Assembly (NCBI RefSeq): GCF_963921235.1
Contig: NC_086097.1
Span: 8,184,001 to 8,248,000, forward strand
From: Mobula hypostoma
Taxonomy: Eukaryota
Direction of reading: 5' to 3'
DNA length: 64,000 bases
Shown: positions 13,324-25,519 of the stretch, piece after piece
How positions within the stretch are numbered: position 1 is the stretch's first letter
How the letters are laid out: each line of letters starts with the position of its first letter
The notes under the pieces: model-generated
Seen by the model: the letters and a program-made list of their open reading frames with translations, nothing else
What the model was told of the DNA's origin: nothing
Database searches by the model: none
Made by a program: the position numbers and the translations under genes

Positions 13324-13700
13324 AGAATCAGAATCAGATTTAATATCTCTGCCACATGTCATGAAATAGGTTGTAATACAGAATAATAAAAAACGATAAA
13401 TTACAATAAGAAGTATATATAAAAATAAATTACAATACTACAAAAAGAGAGGGAAAAATACTGAGGAAGTGCTCAGTGGTTCATTGTTAATTTATAATTC
13501 TGGTGGTGAAGGGGGAAGAAGCTGTTTCTGAAATGTTGAATGTGCGTCTATAGGCTCCTGAACCTTTTCCTTGAGAGTAGCAATGAGAAGAGAGCATGGT
13601 CTGGGTGATGGGACTCCCTAATGATGGATGCTGCCTTTATGAGGCATCGCCTTTTGAAAATGCTGGGGAGGTTGGTGCTCATGATACATTTTTCTGCAGC
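13324..13700 (-). mobile_element. Rex1/Babar-type LINE 3' fragment
   Basis: RRCLIKAASIIRESHHPDHALFSLLLSRKRFRSL; (TTCTGA)n tail. Confidence 0.75.
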
Positions 13701-15929
13701 TTCAAGCAGAAGGCTGATTACTTTCAGCAAGGCGAAAAATTTTAGAACAGTCAAAAAGGAACATTTCCTTCCACACATAACTTCTTAATTCACATCTGTG
13801 TTTTATTTTGCTCTTCTATCAAACAGAAAATAGCTTTGCATTTACATTAAGTACAAAAAGTCATGCAATCTGGGCTGTGACCAGAAGAACCTTGCAGCTG
13901 TACCCATTGTCTGAAGTCAGGGTGTGCAAGCACAGTACAATGTATATCACACACTTAACATTCAGTCTCACAATCAGTTGCCGGTAGATTATAAGGTTTC
14001 AGCACTGTACACTGTTGCATACATGGAATACTTCTCATAATCTCACAGTGTGGGGTAGGACCTTTCATCTCACTGATGTTAGGCAGACAGAGACGTGAAG
14101 TAATAAACTATTTGCAGCCAGTGCTTGATTATGTGTCCTGTGAGTAGCTCAGTCATGAGGATTTATTTTTGAGTTCTGTGATTCTTTTGCCCTGATTGCA
14201 CCATTGCTAATTCAATTAAGGGTCGTCTAACATACTTGGGTTTTAAAAGAGAAGGCAGTCAAGTACTAATGTCATGTTAAGCCACTCATCTAAACCTGGG
14301 GTTATGCAAGTAGCCAGAAGCCAAGTTAAATCACTAAGCCATTAAAAAATAGAATGTGGAAGACTCAGCAAAGAAACAATAACAGTTGATGTAAACTCTT
14401 CATGACCATGGTATGCATGTACTGTAGAATAGATTACTTTGTTATATGTTATTGAAGATCTATAAATAGAGATTGATTTAAAACCATAGAAGCAGAATTA
14501 GGCTATTTGGCCCATCAACCCCATTCTCTTGCCTTGTTCTCAACCCCGTTCTCTTGCCTTGTTCTCAACCCCGTTCTCTTGCCTTCTTCCCGTAATCTTT
14601 GACACCCTTAGAACCTATCAACCTCCGCGTTAAATATACTCAATGACATGGCCTCCACAGCTGTCTGTGGCAATGAATTCCATAATTCATTACTGATTGT
14701 TGAAGGAAAATGTATCAGATCACAAGGTTATTGTTTTCTCAAATATTTGTTCTTAGAGAAGTACTGGTAGGTCAGCCAAGGCACAGATGATCTGGGAATG
14801 GTGGTAAGATTTACTAAATGACAATAAAAGAGGACTGCGTGTCTTCATAATCTAAAGATTTAAATAACTAGCAATTTAACAATTACTGTATTCAACAGTT
14901 TACTGTCCTCTTCCAGCAGACTCCCTTTTCAGCCCTTTACGTCTTCCACCTATCAGCATATCACCATATAACCATATAACTACTACAGCATGGAAACAGG
15001 CCATCTCAGCCCTTCTAGTCTGTGCTGAACTCTTACTCTCACCTAGTCCCACTGACCTGCACTCAGCCCATAACCCTCCACTCCTTTCCTGTCCATATAG
15101 CTGTCCAATTTAACTTTAAAAGACAAATCATTTCACATCATTTCACATCACCTCCTAACATTTCACATCATTCCCTTTCATTTCCCTTCCCCACTCTCCT
15201 GCCCCCCTCCCCCTTCACCTGGACTCACCTAATATCTGCCAGCTTGAGTCCCTTCCCCTCTCCCTACTATTTTATTCCGGATTCTGCAATCTTCCTTTCC
15301 AGTCCAGGTGAGGGGTCTTGTGTTTGTGCATTTTCCCTCCATTGATGATGCCTGACCTGCTGAGTTATTCCAGCATTTTGTGTGTGCGTTGCACAAGATT
15401 TCCAGCCTCTATGGTCTCATTTTGTATCAATTGAGGTACTTGGTACAGGCAGATATTTTAGAGACTTTTAAGACACGTTTAGATAGGCACATGAATGTGA
15501 GGAAATTGGAAAGATATAGACATTGTGTAGGCAGAGGAGTTGAAGCAGAACTGCTTTAGTCAGAAGGTAGTGAATCTCTGGAATTCATTGCTACAGGCTG
15601 TTGAGGATAAATCATTAGGATTATGGTTTCAGTACAATGGTACCTCAAAGTTCAGAGTATATTTATTATTAAAGTACAAGTGTCACCATATTCAACTCTG
15701 AGATTCATTTTCTTGCAGTAAATCCAGGAAACACAATGGAATCAATGAAAGACTGCACCCAAGAGAACAGACTAACAAGCAATGTGCAAAAGACAACAAA
15801 CTGTGCAAATAGAAAAGAGAATAATAATAATAAATAGTTAAGCAATAAATATTGAGAACATGAGATGAAGAATCCTTGAAAGTGAGTCAATAGGTTGTGG
15901 GAACAGTTCAGTGATGGAACAAGTGAAGT

Positions 15930-16660
15930 TATAGAGAGGTACAGCGCAGAAACAGGCCCTTTGCCCCATCTAATTCATGCTGAAATAATTTAAACTGCCT
16001 AATCGCATTGACCTGCACAGTCCATATCCCTGGCATCCATGTACCGATCTAAATTTCTCTTAAATTTTGAAATCAAGCTCGTATGCACCTCTTGTGCTGG
16101 CAGCTCATTCCACACTTTCATGATCCTCTGAGTGAAGAAGCTTCCCCTCATGTTCCCCTTAAACTTTTCATCTTTTACACTTAACCCATGACTTCTGGTT
16201 GTAGCCCACCCAACCTCAGTGAAAAACACCTGCTTGCATTAATCCTATCTGTATCCCTCATAATTTTGTATACCTCTACCAAATTGCCCCTCAGTCTTCT
16301 ACATCCCAACACATAAAGCCCTAACCCATTTAATCTTTCCTTATAACTCAGGTCCTCCATACCCAACAACATCCTTGTAAATTTTCTCTGTATTCCTGCA
16401 ACCTTATTTACCTCTTTCAAGCAGGTAGTTGACCAAAACTGCACATAATTCTCCAAATATGGTCTCACCAATGTCACACAATTTCAACATAATATCCCAT
16501 CTCCTGTACCTAATACAGTGATTTATGAGGACCAATATGCCAAAAACCTTCTTTATGACTTTATCTACCTGTGACGTCACTTTCAATGAATTATAGACCA
16601 GTACTCTCAGATCCCTTCGTTCTACCACACTCCTCAATGCCCTACCGTTCATTGTGTAAG
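15930..16660 (-). mobile_element. CR1 3' fragment nested in a Rex1/Babar 3' UTR fragment (~15650-15930 and ~16660-16745)
   Basis: ORFs 15999..16229, 16181..16477 and 16404..16652; flanks resemble the 61085-61460 element, with GTGAAGTTAT on both sides. Confidence 0.8.
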
Positions 16661-17543
16661 TTGAGTGAAGTTATCCGCTCTGGTTCAAAAGCTTGATAGT
16701 TGAGGGGCAATAACTATTCCTGAACCTGTTGGTGTGGGTCCTGAGGTGACCCATTGAGTGTTTCCCTTTGGCCAATAGTGTATCTAACACCGATTCATCA
16801 GTTACCTTGGGAAAAAAGTTATCTCTTCAAAATTTCTTTAGGAATGGTTACAGACTTTCAAGTTATAATGTTAGAGGGAAATCATTCTGTGTTTGATACC
16901 ATTCCTTTCCATTAAGTACTCGATCAGATATGACCTGAATTGTGGTCGCTATCTGACATCCTATCTGTAGTTATGTCAGAAGTTGATTGCAGCTTCCTGT
17001 TGTTCTTGTTTGCTGCTGTGAAAAACTTCAATTCGTTTAAAATGCATATCAATAGGACCGATGCAATTATTGCTTTCAGTTATGACAAAACCGATGTCAT
17101 ATCTGAAATAGATATGTTGGCTACATTCATATTTATTCAGGTGCTTTTGGTGGTCTCATGTCTACATTTGATAAACTATTCATATTGAAATTAAATCTTC
17201 CAGACCCCTCTCAATAATTGGCCAATTGTTAATGTTTCTGGCAATAGATTTAATTTATTACAATACGATTATATTCTGAGTTTAGTTTGTCTAAGACTGG
17301 CTTATAATTGCATTATGAATACTATGTTATGTTTCCAATCTACAATTTGACTGTGACGGAAACCATACCACAGTTTGAAACACCACGTGTAAGATTCAAT
17401 GTCCTTGATTTGTCCTAGTTTACCAATAACTGTACACGGCTTCATTTCTGCATAAGCTGAATATTTTCCTTTGCTTATTTTATATCAGTACCTGATGCAG
17501 GGAGTGATATTAGAACCCTTAATACTTGGTTCTTATGTCTCTT

Positions 17544-17960
17544 TTGCTTAAATGGAAAGATGCCGCCCCTCCTAATCACGCCCAATGGTTACGTGATGTG
17601 ATGTCATGTTTAAATTTAGAGAAGATTCGATGTTCAATCTCTGAATCTAGTCAAGACTTTCAAACATTGTGGGGACCTTTTCTGGATTATTTTCAAAACC
17701 TTTGATTTGCTGTTAAAGCACTGATGATGACTAATAATTTTTTTTTCCTTTTTTTCTTAGCTTCGGTCTTGGTAGTGGGTTAGATTTTTTTATATAATAA
17801 AATTACTATATTTCGATGTTACGAATTGGTTGACTTGTATGAATATAGGGTAAGGAGTCTTTATATGCGATTTAGTATAATGTATTGATATATATTTTTT
17901 TCCTGTACTCTGTATTCTTATATGTAAATTAATTAATAAAAATATTGGAAAAGAAAAGTA
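17544..17960 (+). mobile_element. L1-clade LINE 3' end (ORF2 C-terminus plus 3' UTR)
   Basis: 17544-17705 translates to LLKWKDAAPPNHAQWLRDVMSCLNLEKIRCSISESSQDFQTLWGPFLDYFQNL*, typical of the fish-type L1 ORF2 end; followed by an AT-rich UTR with AATAAA and an A-rich tail. Confidence 0.75.
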
Positions 17961-18002
17961 CCTTTAATATATCTGCTAAAGTTGATGTATAATTTTGAAC
18001 TT

Positions 18003-18372
18003 GAGTGGCAGAGTGGAGATATGTCTCTACCAAAGGAGGTGAAAGGCACTCCTTCCATCTGCTAGCCTGAAAGTCACCCTTGGGCAAGGTGTAGCACCTG
18101 CTTAGCTCCCTGTTCAGGGTCACAAGAAGCCGTGGGAGCAGCTGGTGCATGGTCATATGATCAGCTGCTGCATATCACAAGTCCTAGTTATGCGACCACA
18201 GATAATCTCTGGAGTATTGATAATGGCTGGGCTCACCCGTTTTATAAAGACACTGCCTAGAAGAAGGCAATGGCAGGCGACTTTTGTAGAAAAATTTGCC
18301 TAGAACAATCATGGTCGTGAATAGGCCGTGATCGCCTACGTCACATGACATGGCATATGATGATGGTGATGA
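18003..18372 (+). mobile_element. RTE/BovB-related SINE or short non-autonomous retroelement (other copies ~21890-22280 minus, ~29445-29750, ~56197-56350, ~58005-58190)
   Basis: Five similar copies in the window; GAAGGCAATGGCA..C.CTT.TGTAGAAAAATTTGCC.AGAACAATCATGG resembles RTE/BovB-type SINE tails; (GAT)n tail like the RTE at 48300. Confidence 0.7.
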
Positions 18373-19413
18373 ATTCTGGACTATATATAAAAACAAAGTT
18401 ATGCATCTCATTTTGATCTCTTTGCCTTTACAAAGGCTCTAATTATGTCGTCATGAGGTCAACAATTGTTGGCATCAATTTTTAATTCCAGATAGACAAT
18501 TACTGTTTTTGGAACCACATCTAAAGTAGAAAGATTGTGTTCCTCATTAATGATGGAATGAAAATGTTGGCCTGGTTACAAGGGCAGGGTTCCATGCTCT
18601 CCAAGTTATTGTCCATTGCTTAGTGGAATATTTTTAATATTTTTGGCGGATGATATCAATCACCAATACAACTGTGTGTGATGGTATAGATCAATATGAA
18701 CATTTAAGGTGAGATATTGCTTACATTTGATCCACTATAAAATGCAACATGTCAAAATTGTGAAAATGCTGTTCCTGCTAATTCCTCATAAGGATGCAAG
18801 ATGTTGGTTCAAAGTACATTCATTATTATAATACAGTGTGTATACTGCGCACAGCCTTGAGATTCTTCTTTCCGTAAGCAGCCACAAAACAAAGAAACAC
18901 AATAGAACCCATTTAAAAAAACCTTACACAACAAATACCATCAAACACCGAATCGTGCAAACAATAAAAAAGTAAACAAATAACAGGCAGAACATGAACC
19001 TGAGAGTTCCCGACAGTGAGTCCACGGTCACGGAGTCAGTTCGGTGCTGAAGCGCTACGATCAAATCTCACAAACTGTATCAAAGTGTCAACAAAAAAGA
19101 CATGGATCATGAGGTGCAGAGTGCACTGCTGTGAAATCCATTCAGCGCTGAGGTGAGTGAAGCAGGTGATGGATGCCATTTAAGACACTTCAGAGTTGCC
19201 ACGTGGTCTAACCGTTCTATCATTCTTGAGCTCTATTCCAAGTGAGTTACCAATTCACTTTTAGTCACTCTGTTAAAGACTACATTTTTTCTCTGACTTG
19301 TCTGTTTTTTGCTTTACTTTTTAGGAGTATAACATTGTGAAGTTTGCAATGCAACACACATAAAAGTTGCTGGTGAACGCAGCAGGCCAGGCAGCATCTC
19401 TAGGAAGAGGTGC

Positions 19414-19449
19414 AGTCGACGTTTCAGGCCGAGACCCTTCGTCAGGACT
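19414..19449 (-). ncRNA. Minimal type-I hammerhead ribozyme motif in the PLE pLTR
   Basis: Minus strand AGTC-CTGACGA-AGG GTCTCGG CCT-GAAA-C-GTC-GACT: stem I AGTC/GACT, core CUGANGA/GAAA, palindromic ACGU stem III, GUC cleavage triplet. Confidence 0.85.
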
Positions 19450-21022
19450 AACTGAAGGAAGAGTGAGTAAGGGATTTGAAAGTTGGAGGGGGAGGGGGAG
19501 ATCCAAAATGATAGGAGAAGACAGGAGGGGGAGGGATGGAGCCAAGAGCTGGACTGGTAATTGGCAAAACGGATAAGAGAGGATCATGGGACAGGAGGTC
19601 CGGGAAGAAAGAAAAGGGGGGGGGGAACCCAGAGGATGGGCAAGAGGTATATTCAGAGGGAGAGAGGGAGAAAAAGGAGAGTGAGAGAAAGAGTGTGTGT
19701 ATAAAAATAAGTAACAGATGGGGTACAAGGGGGAGGTGGGGCATTAGCAGAAGTTAGAGAAGTCGATGTTCATGCCATCAGGTTGGAGGCTACCCAGACG
19801 GAATATAAGGTGTTGTTCGTCCAACCTGAGTGTGGCTTCATCTTTGCAGTAGAGGAGGCCATGGATAGACATGTCAGAATGGGAATGGGATGTGGAATTA
19901 AAATGTGTGGCCACTGGGAGATCCTGCTTTCTCTGGCGGACAGAGCGTAGGTGTTCAGCAAAGCGGTCTCCCAGTCTGCGTCGGGTCTCGCCAATATATA
20001 AAAGGCCACATCGGGAGCACCGGATGCAGTTTTTCACCCCAGTCGACTCACAGGTGAAGTGTCGCCTCACCTGGAAGGACTGTTTGGGGCCCTGAATGGT
20101 GGTAAGGGAGGAAGCGTAAGGGCATGTGTAGCACTTGTTCCGCTTACACGGATAAGTGCCAGGAGGGAGATCAGTGGGGAGGGATGGGGGGGAATGAATG
20201 GACAAGAGAGCCCCCATCCCTCCCCACTGATCTCCCTCATGGCACTTATCCGTGTAAGCGGCGACTCCCTTGTCCATTCGTCCCCCCATCCCTCCCCACT
20301 GATCTCCCTCCTGGCACTTATCCGTGTAAGCGGAACAAGTGCTACACATGCCCTTACACTTCCTCCCTTACCACCATTCAGGGCCCCAAACAGTCCTTCC
20401 AGGTGAGGCGACACTTCACCTGTGAGTCGGCTGGGGTGATATACTGCGTCCGGTGCTCCCGATGTGGCCTTTTATATATTGGCGAGACCCGACGCAGACT
20501 GGGAGACCGCTTTGCTGAACACCTACGCTCTGTCCGCCAGAGAAAGCAGGATCTCCCAGTGGCCACACATTTTAATTCCACATCCCATTCCCATTCTGAC
20601 ATGTCTATCCACGGCCTCCTCTACTGTAAAGATGAAGCCACACTCGGGTTGGAGGAACAACACCTTATATTCCGTCTGGGTAGCCTCCAACCTGATGGCA
20701 TGAACATCGACTTCTCTAACTTCCGCTAATGCCCCACTTCCCCCTCGTACCCCATCTGTTACTTATTTTTATACACACATTCTTTCTCACGCTCTCCTTT
20801 TTCACCCTCTGTCCCTCTGAATATACCCCTTGCCCATCCTCTGGGTTGCCCCCCCCCCGTCTTTCTTCCCGGACCTCCTGTCCCATGATCCTCTCGTATC
20901 CCTTTTGCCTATCACCTGTCCAGCTCTCGGCTCTATCCCTCCCCCTCCTGTCTTCTCCTATCATTTTGGATCTCCTCCTCCCCCTCCCACTTTCAAATCT
21001 CTTACTCACTCTTCCTTCAGTT

Positions 21023-21058
21023 AGTCCTGACGAAGGGTCTCAGCCTGAAACGTTGACT
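21023..21058 (+). ncRNA. Minimal hammerhead ribozyme motif (GUU triplet)
   Basis: AGTC-CTGACGA-AGG GTCTCAG CCT-GAAA-C-GTT-GACT. Confidence 0.8.
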
Positions 21059-21369
21059 GCACCTCTTTCTAGAGATGCTGCCTGGCCTGCTGCGTTCACC
21101 AGCAACTTTGATGTGTGTTGCTTGAATTTCCAGCATCTGCAGAATTCCTGTTGTTGTTGAAGTTTGCAATGTATTGGTTTGACCTATGACGTGGCACACG
21201 GGGTATGGGCCAAATGCAGGCCACTGGATTAGTTCAGGAAAGCACCCTGGTCTACCTGGTTGAGTTGGGCCAGGTGGCTTGCTTCCCTACTTTATTTCTC
21301 TACAGTGGACAAGGAGTATGTTAATGACAACCTCAAGTTCAATACATTTGGAGCACACAGAAGGCCTGG

Positions 21370-21795
21370 ATAAGACCATAAGACAAAGGAGCAGAAGCCG
21401 GCCATTCGGCCCATTTAGTCTGCTCCGCCATTTTATCATGAGCTGATCCATTCTCCCTTTTAATCCCACTCCCCTGCCTTCTCACCATAACCTTTGATAT
21501 CCTGGCTACTCAGATACCTATCAATCTCTGCCTTAAATACGCCCAATGACTTGACCTCCACTGCCACCCATAGCAACAAATTCCACTGATTCACCATCCT
21601 CTGGCTAAAAAAATTTCTTCGCATCTCTGTTCTGAATGGGCGCCCTTCAATCCTTAAGTCATGCCCTCTCATACTAGACTCCCCCACCATGGGAAACAAC
21701 TTTGCCACATCCACTCTGTCCATGCCTTTCAACATTTGAAATGTTTCTATGGGGTTCCCCCTCATTCTTCTAAACTCCAAGGAGTACAGTCCAAG
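21370..21795 (-). mobile_element. CR1 3' fragment
   Basis: ORF 21460..21780 (EFRRMRG...FFSQRMVNQWN). Confidence 0.88.
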
Positions 21796-22619
21796 TTTAT
21801 AAGCTGTGGAAGGAAAACACTCAAACCATCCAGTCCATCAGGCACCTTATGCCCCATCTGTGGCAGAGTCTGTGCTTCATACCCTGGTCTCATTCATCAT
21901 CATCGTCGTCATTATGCACCAAGTTGTATGACGTAGGCGATCATAGTCTATGATTGTTCTTGACAACTTTTTCTACAGAAGAGTTTTGCCATTGACTTCT
22001 TCTGGGCAGTTTCTTTACATGGCAGGTGACCTCAGAGATTGTCTGCCTGGTGTCAGTGTTCGCATAACCAGCTCATGTGATATGCACCAGCTGCCCATAC
22101 AACCATCCACCACCTGCTCCCATGGCTTCAAGTAACCCTGATCCTGGGGTGGGAGTGTGGGGGTGGGGGGGCTGCTGAGCATGCGCTACACCTTGACAAA
22201 AGGTGACTTGCAGACTAGCAGAGGGAAGGAATACCTTACACCTCCTTTGGTAGAGACATATCTCCACCCCACCACCCACCTGGTCTTGTTGGCAACTGGG
22301 CAACTTGAAGTGGAGCCAAGTCAGAATCAGAATCAGGTTTAATATCACTGGCATATGACGTGCAATTTGTTGTTTTGTGGCAGTGGTATGTTGCAATACA
22401 TAATGAAAACTGTAACTTACAGTAAGAAGTATTTATATATTTAAAAAGTTAAATTAAAGAGTAGTGAAAAAGGAGGAAAAAAGTAGTGAGATAGTGTTCA
22501 TGGGTTCAATGTTCCTTCAGAAATCTGGTGGCATCCTCAAATCTCAAGACACCACCTACGAAAAAGAAGGCGGATGGATAAGTTATTCCCTACCAGAACA
22601 GACACTCCTACAGGGCTCA

Positions 22620-23622
22620 AACACGAGGAAATCCGCAGATGCTGGAAGTTCAAGAAACACACACAAAATACTGGTGAACGCAGCAGGCCAGGCAGCATCT
22701 ATAGGAAGACATTTCGGGCCGAGACCCTTCGTCAGGACTAACTGAAAGAAGAGATAGTAAGAGATTTGAAAGTAGGAGGGGGAGGGGGAAATCCGAAATG
22801 ATAGGAGAAGACGGGGGGGGAGGGATGGAGCTAAGAGCTGGGAAATTGATTGGCAGAATGGATATGAGGCTGGAAAAGGGAGAGGATCATGGGACGGGTG
22901 GCCTAGGGAGAAAGAAAGGGGGAGGGAGGAAGCCCAAAGGATGGGCAAGGAGTATAGTGAGATGGACAGAGGGAGAAAAAGGAGAGAGAAAAAAATAATA
23001 ATTAATAATAATAAATAAACAAACAAACAAGCAAACAAACAATAAATAAATAAATATGGGATGGGGTAAGAAAGGAAGGGGGGTATTAACAGACGTTAGA
23101 GAAGTCGATGTTCATGCCATCAGGTTGGAGGCTACCCAGACGGAATATAAGGTGTTGTTCCTCCAACCTGAGTGTGGTTTCATCTTGACAGTAGAGGAGG
23201 CCGTGGATAGACATATCAGAATTTGAATGGGACATGGAATTAAAATGTGTGGCCACTGGGAGATCCTGATTTCTCTGGCGGACAGAGCATAGGTGTTCAG
23301 CGAAACGGTCTCCCAGCCTGCGTCGGGTCTCACCAATATATAGAAGGCCGAATCGGGAGCACCGGACGCAGTATATCTTTCCCTCCCCCCACCTTTGCTT
23401 TCTGCGGGGATTGCTTCCCGCGCAACTCCCTTGTCCAATCGTCCCCCCCGTCCCTTCCCACTGATCTCCCTCCTGGCATTTACCCTTGTAAGTGGAACAA
23501 GTGCTACACATGCCCTTACACTTCCTCCCTCACCACCACTCAGGGCCCCAGACAGTCCTTCCAGGTGAGGCAACACTTCACCTGTGAATCGGCTGGGGTA
23601 ATACACTGCATCCGGTGCTCTC
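22620..23622. mobile_element. Penelope-like element fragment with an internal inversion
   Basis: Minus strand 22620-~23376 holds the pLTR plus GIY-YIG from IYCVRCS; plus strand ~23377-23622 holds the upstream linker ending GVIHCIRCS. Confidence 0.88.
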
Positions 23623-24469
23623 CATCAAACGCTATCTGGGAAATACAATCACAATAATAATTCAGATCATCACCATTGCCAAGAATAGATAACAAAAAGT
23701 TTAAGTCAAGATTCTAGAGAACTAATAATGTCTGCAGAATGGTGCCTTGACAAGATTCAACAGGAAGACGGAGGTGTTGAAAAATGAAAGAGGAGTTCGA
23801 TGGAGTTAGATTAGTAAAGATGTCAGAGGACACCAGTGTAAAACAGTCACTGTATATCAAAGAAGGAATTCACAGTTCTTTGTTCAGAGAGCCGTTACAC
23901 TGTCAGAGATGAATAGCTCAATACATTTAAAGGATCCCCCATGGGTAAAGAGCCTGAGAGTATACTGAGAGGACAGAATAAACAAAGGGAGTATGGTCTT
24001 CCTTTGAGCCGTAAGTAAGGTATTGATTTATTGGCTGAATAACCTGGTTCTGTGATGTATTCTTCCTCCTTGGATTCTGCTGTGAAAGTAGCTTAATGTA
24101 TCAGAAGTTTGCACCCTACTGTTTGAATTGTATGTATCTTTAGTGTGACTCATTGGCTGCAATGTATACCCTGGCTAGATCGGGACCTTCGATTCACGCC
24201 CTGCTGGTTTGCCAGAGGCTTGCACAGCTGGATGCCTTTCCTGATGATAACTTTACTCCTTTGTCAAGAGTTTGGCTCTAACACAGAATGGTTAATATTT
24301 CTGTTCCATAGACTATATTTTATGTAATCCAGCATAGTAGTGAAAGGACGCTTTATTTAAGAAAAAAAAAAGTTGCTCCAGAGAAAATCACCCTAAAATT
24401 ATACATTTTCATCCAACAATGTGGCCATTGTCACTGGCTGTGTTACAAGTGGGACAGGCCACATGTCGC

Positions 24470-24900
24470 CATTGAAGTAGATCTCCACTCACTCAATGGA
24501 ATCTGAAACAAGTACAGGGCCACATAAATAACAATGAGATAGCAGAGAAACATTTCTATTCTTCACAAATTTAGGAACGGTACGTCCGATTCTGTCACAT
24601 AATGGAGCTGAAAAAATAAATTGTGCCTTTCTATCAAATAGACTAGATTACTGCCATGCACATTTTACTGGCCTTCCAAAGTAATGTATTGACAAACTTC
24701 AACTCCTTCAGATTGCCTTTGCTAGAGCTTTAGCTAAAACAAGGATGAGGGAGCATATCACTCCTGTCCTAGCTACTCTGCATTGGCTTCTGGGATCTTT
24801 TAGAATTGACCAAATTTAAAATTCTCTTACTTGTTTTTAAAGCTCTCAATGGTCTGCGACCGGAGTACAGAACAGCACCACTTCTGTTTTAGAGTCTTGC
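24470..24900 (+). mobile_element. L2-clade LINE ORF2 C-terminal relic
   Basis: Translates to VRPILSHNGAEKINCAFLSNRLDYCHAHFTGLPK*CIDKLQLLQIAFARAL.KTRMREHITPVLATLHWL...FKILLLVFKALNGL.PEY, the canonical L2 RLDYC/HITPVL..LHWL signature. Confidence 0.85.
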
Positions 24901-25084
24901 TCGACTTCTCAGCTGTTCTTCTGCCAGTTACTTAACTCTAACCAATCTCTCTCAGAAAAAAAATGTCACTTTATCCCATTGTAAAGAACTTTGAACTATG
25001 ATGTATGAAAAGTACTCTACAAATATTATTATTATTATTTAAAAGAGCAACATTCTGAAGACCAAACATCAGTTCAAGCAATCC

Positions 25085-25500
25085 CATTCTATCACAGGTA
25101 AAGCCCTCCCCACCACTAAGAGCATCTACATGGAGTGCTTTCCCACTATCAGAGACTCCCACCACCCAAGTCATGCTCTCTTCTTGTCGCTGCCATCAGG
25201 AAGAAGGTACAGGAGCCTCGAGACTCACACCACAATTCAGGAACAGTCATTACCCCTCAACCACTGGCTCTTGAACCAGTCGCACAACTTCACTCAATTC
25301 CACTTACCCCAAAACTGCATTGTTCCCAGAACATATGGACTCACTTTCAAGGACTCATCTCGTGCTCTTGATATTTGTTGCTTATTTGTTATTATTATTA
25401 TTATTGTTGTATTTTTTTCCTTTTGTATTTGCACATTTGGTTCTTTATCCATCCTGTCGGGTACAGTCCTGCATAGATTCTTGTCATCTTCACAGAGTCT
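25085..25500 (+). mobile_element. Rex1/Babar-type 3' fragment (outer host; its tail resumes at ~28590-28685)
   Basis: ORF 25130..25534 (IRDSHHPSHALFLSLPSGRRYRSL). Confidence 0.75.
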
Positions 25501-25519
25501 TGTCATCTTCAGAAGTTTT

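Larger units (their letters stand above)
19352..21157. mobile_element. Penelope-like element (probably Neptune-type) inserted as a ~1.8-kb palindrome: two GIY-YIG + pLTR arms
   Basis: ORFs 19744..20349 (-) and 20124..20729 (+) both encode CKRNKCYTC...HFTCES.GVIYC..C..C.LLYIGET.RRL..RF.EH (GIY-YIG); 14-bp TSD TGAAGTTTGCAATG at 19338-19351 and 21158-21171. Confidence 0.93.

Noticed and set aside
14515..14590. 25-bp triplication
   Set aside because: Simple slippage within a CR1 3' UTR fragment; no further structure.
17555..17610. Promoter-like GC box / CCAAT cluster
   Set aside because: It lies within L1 ORF2-derived coding sequence (WKDAAPPNHAQW).
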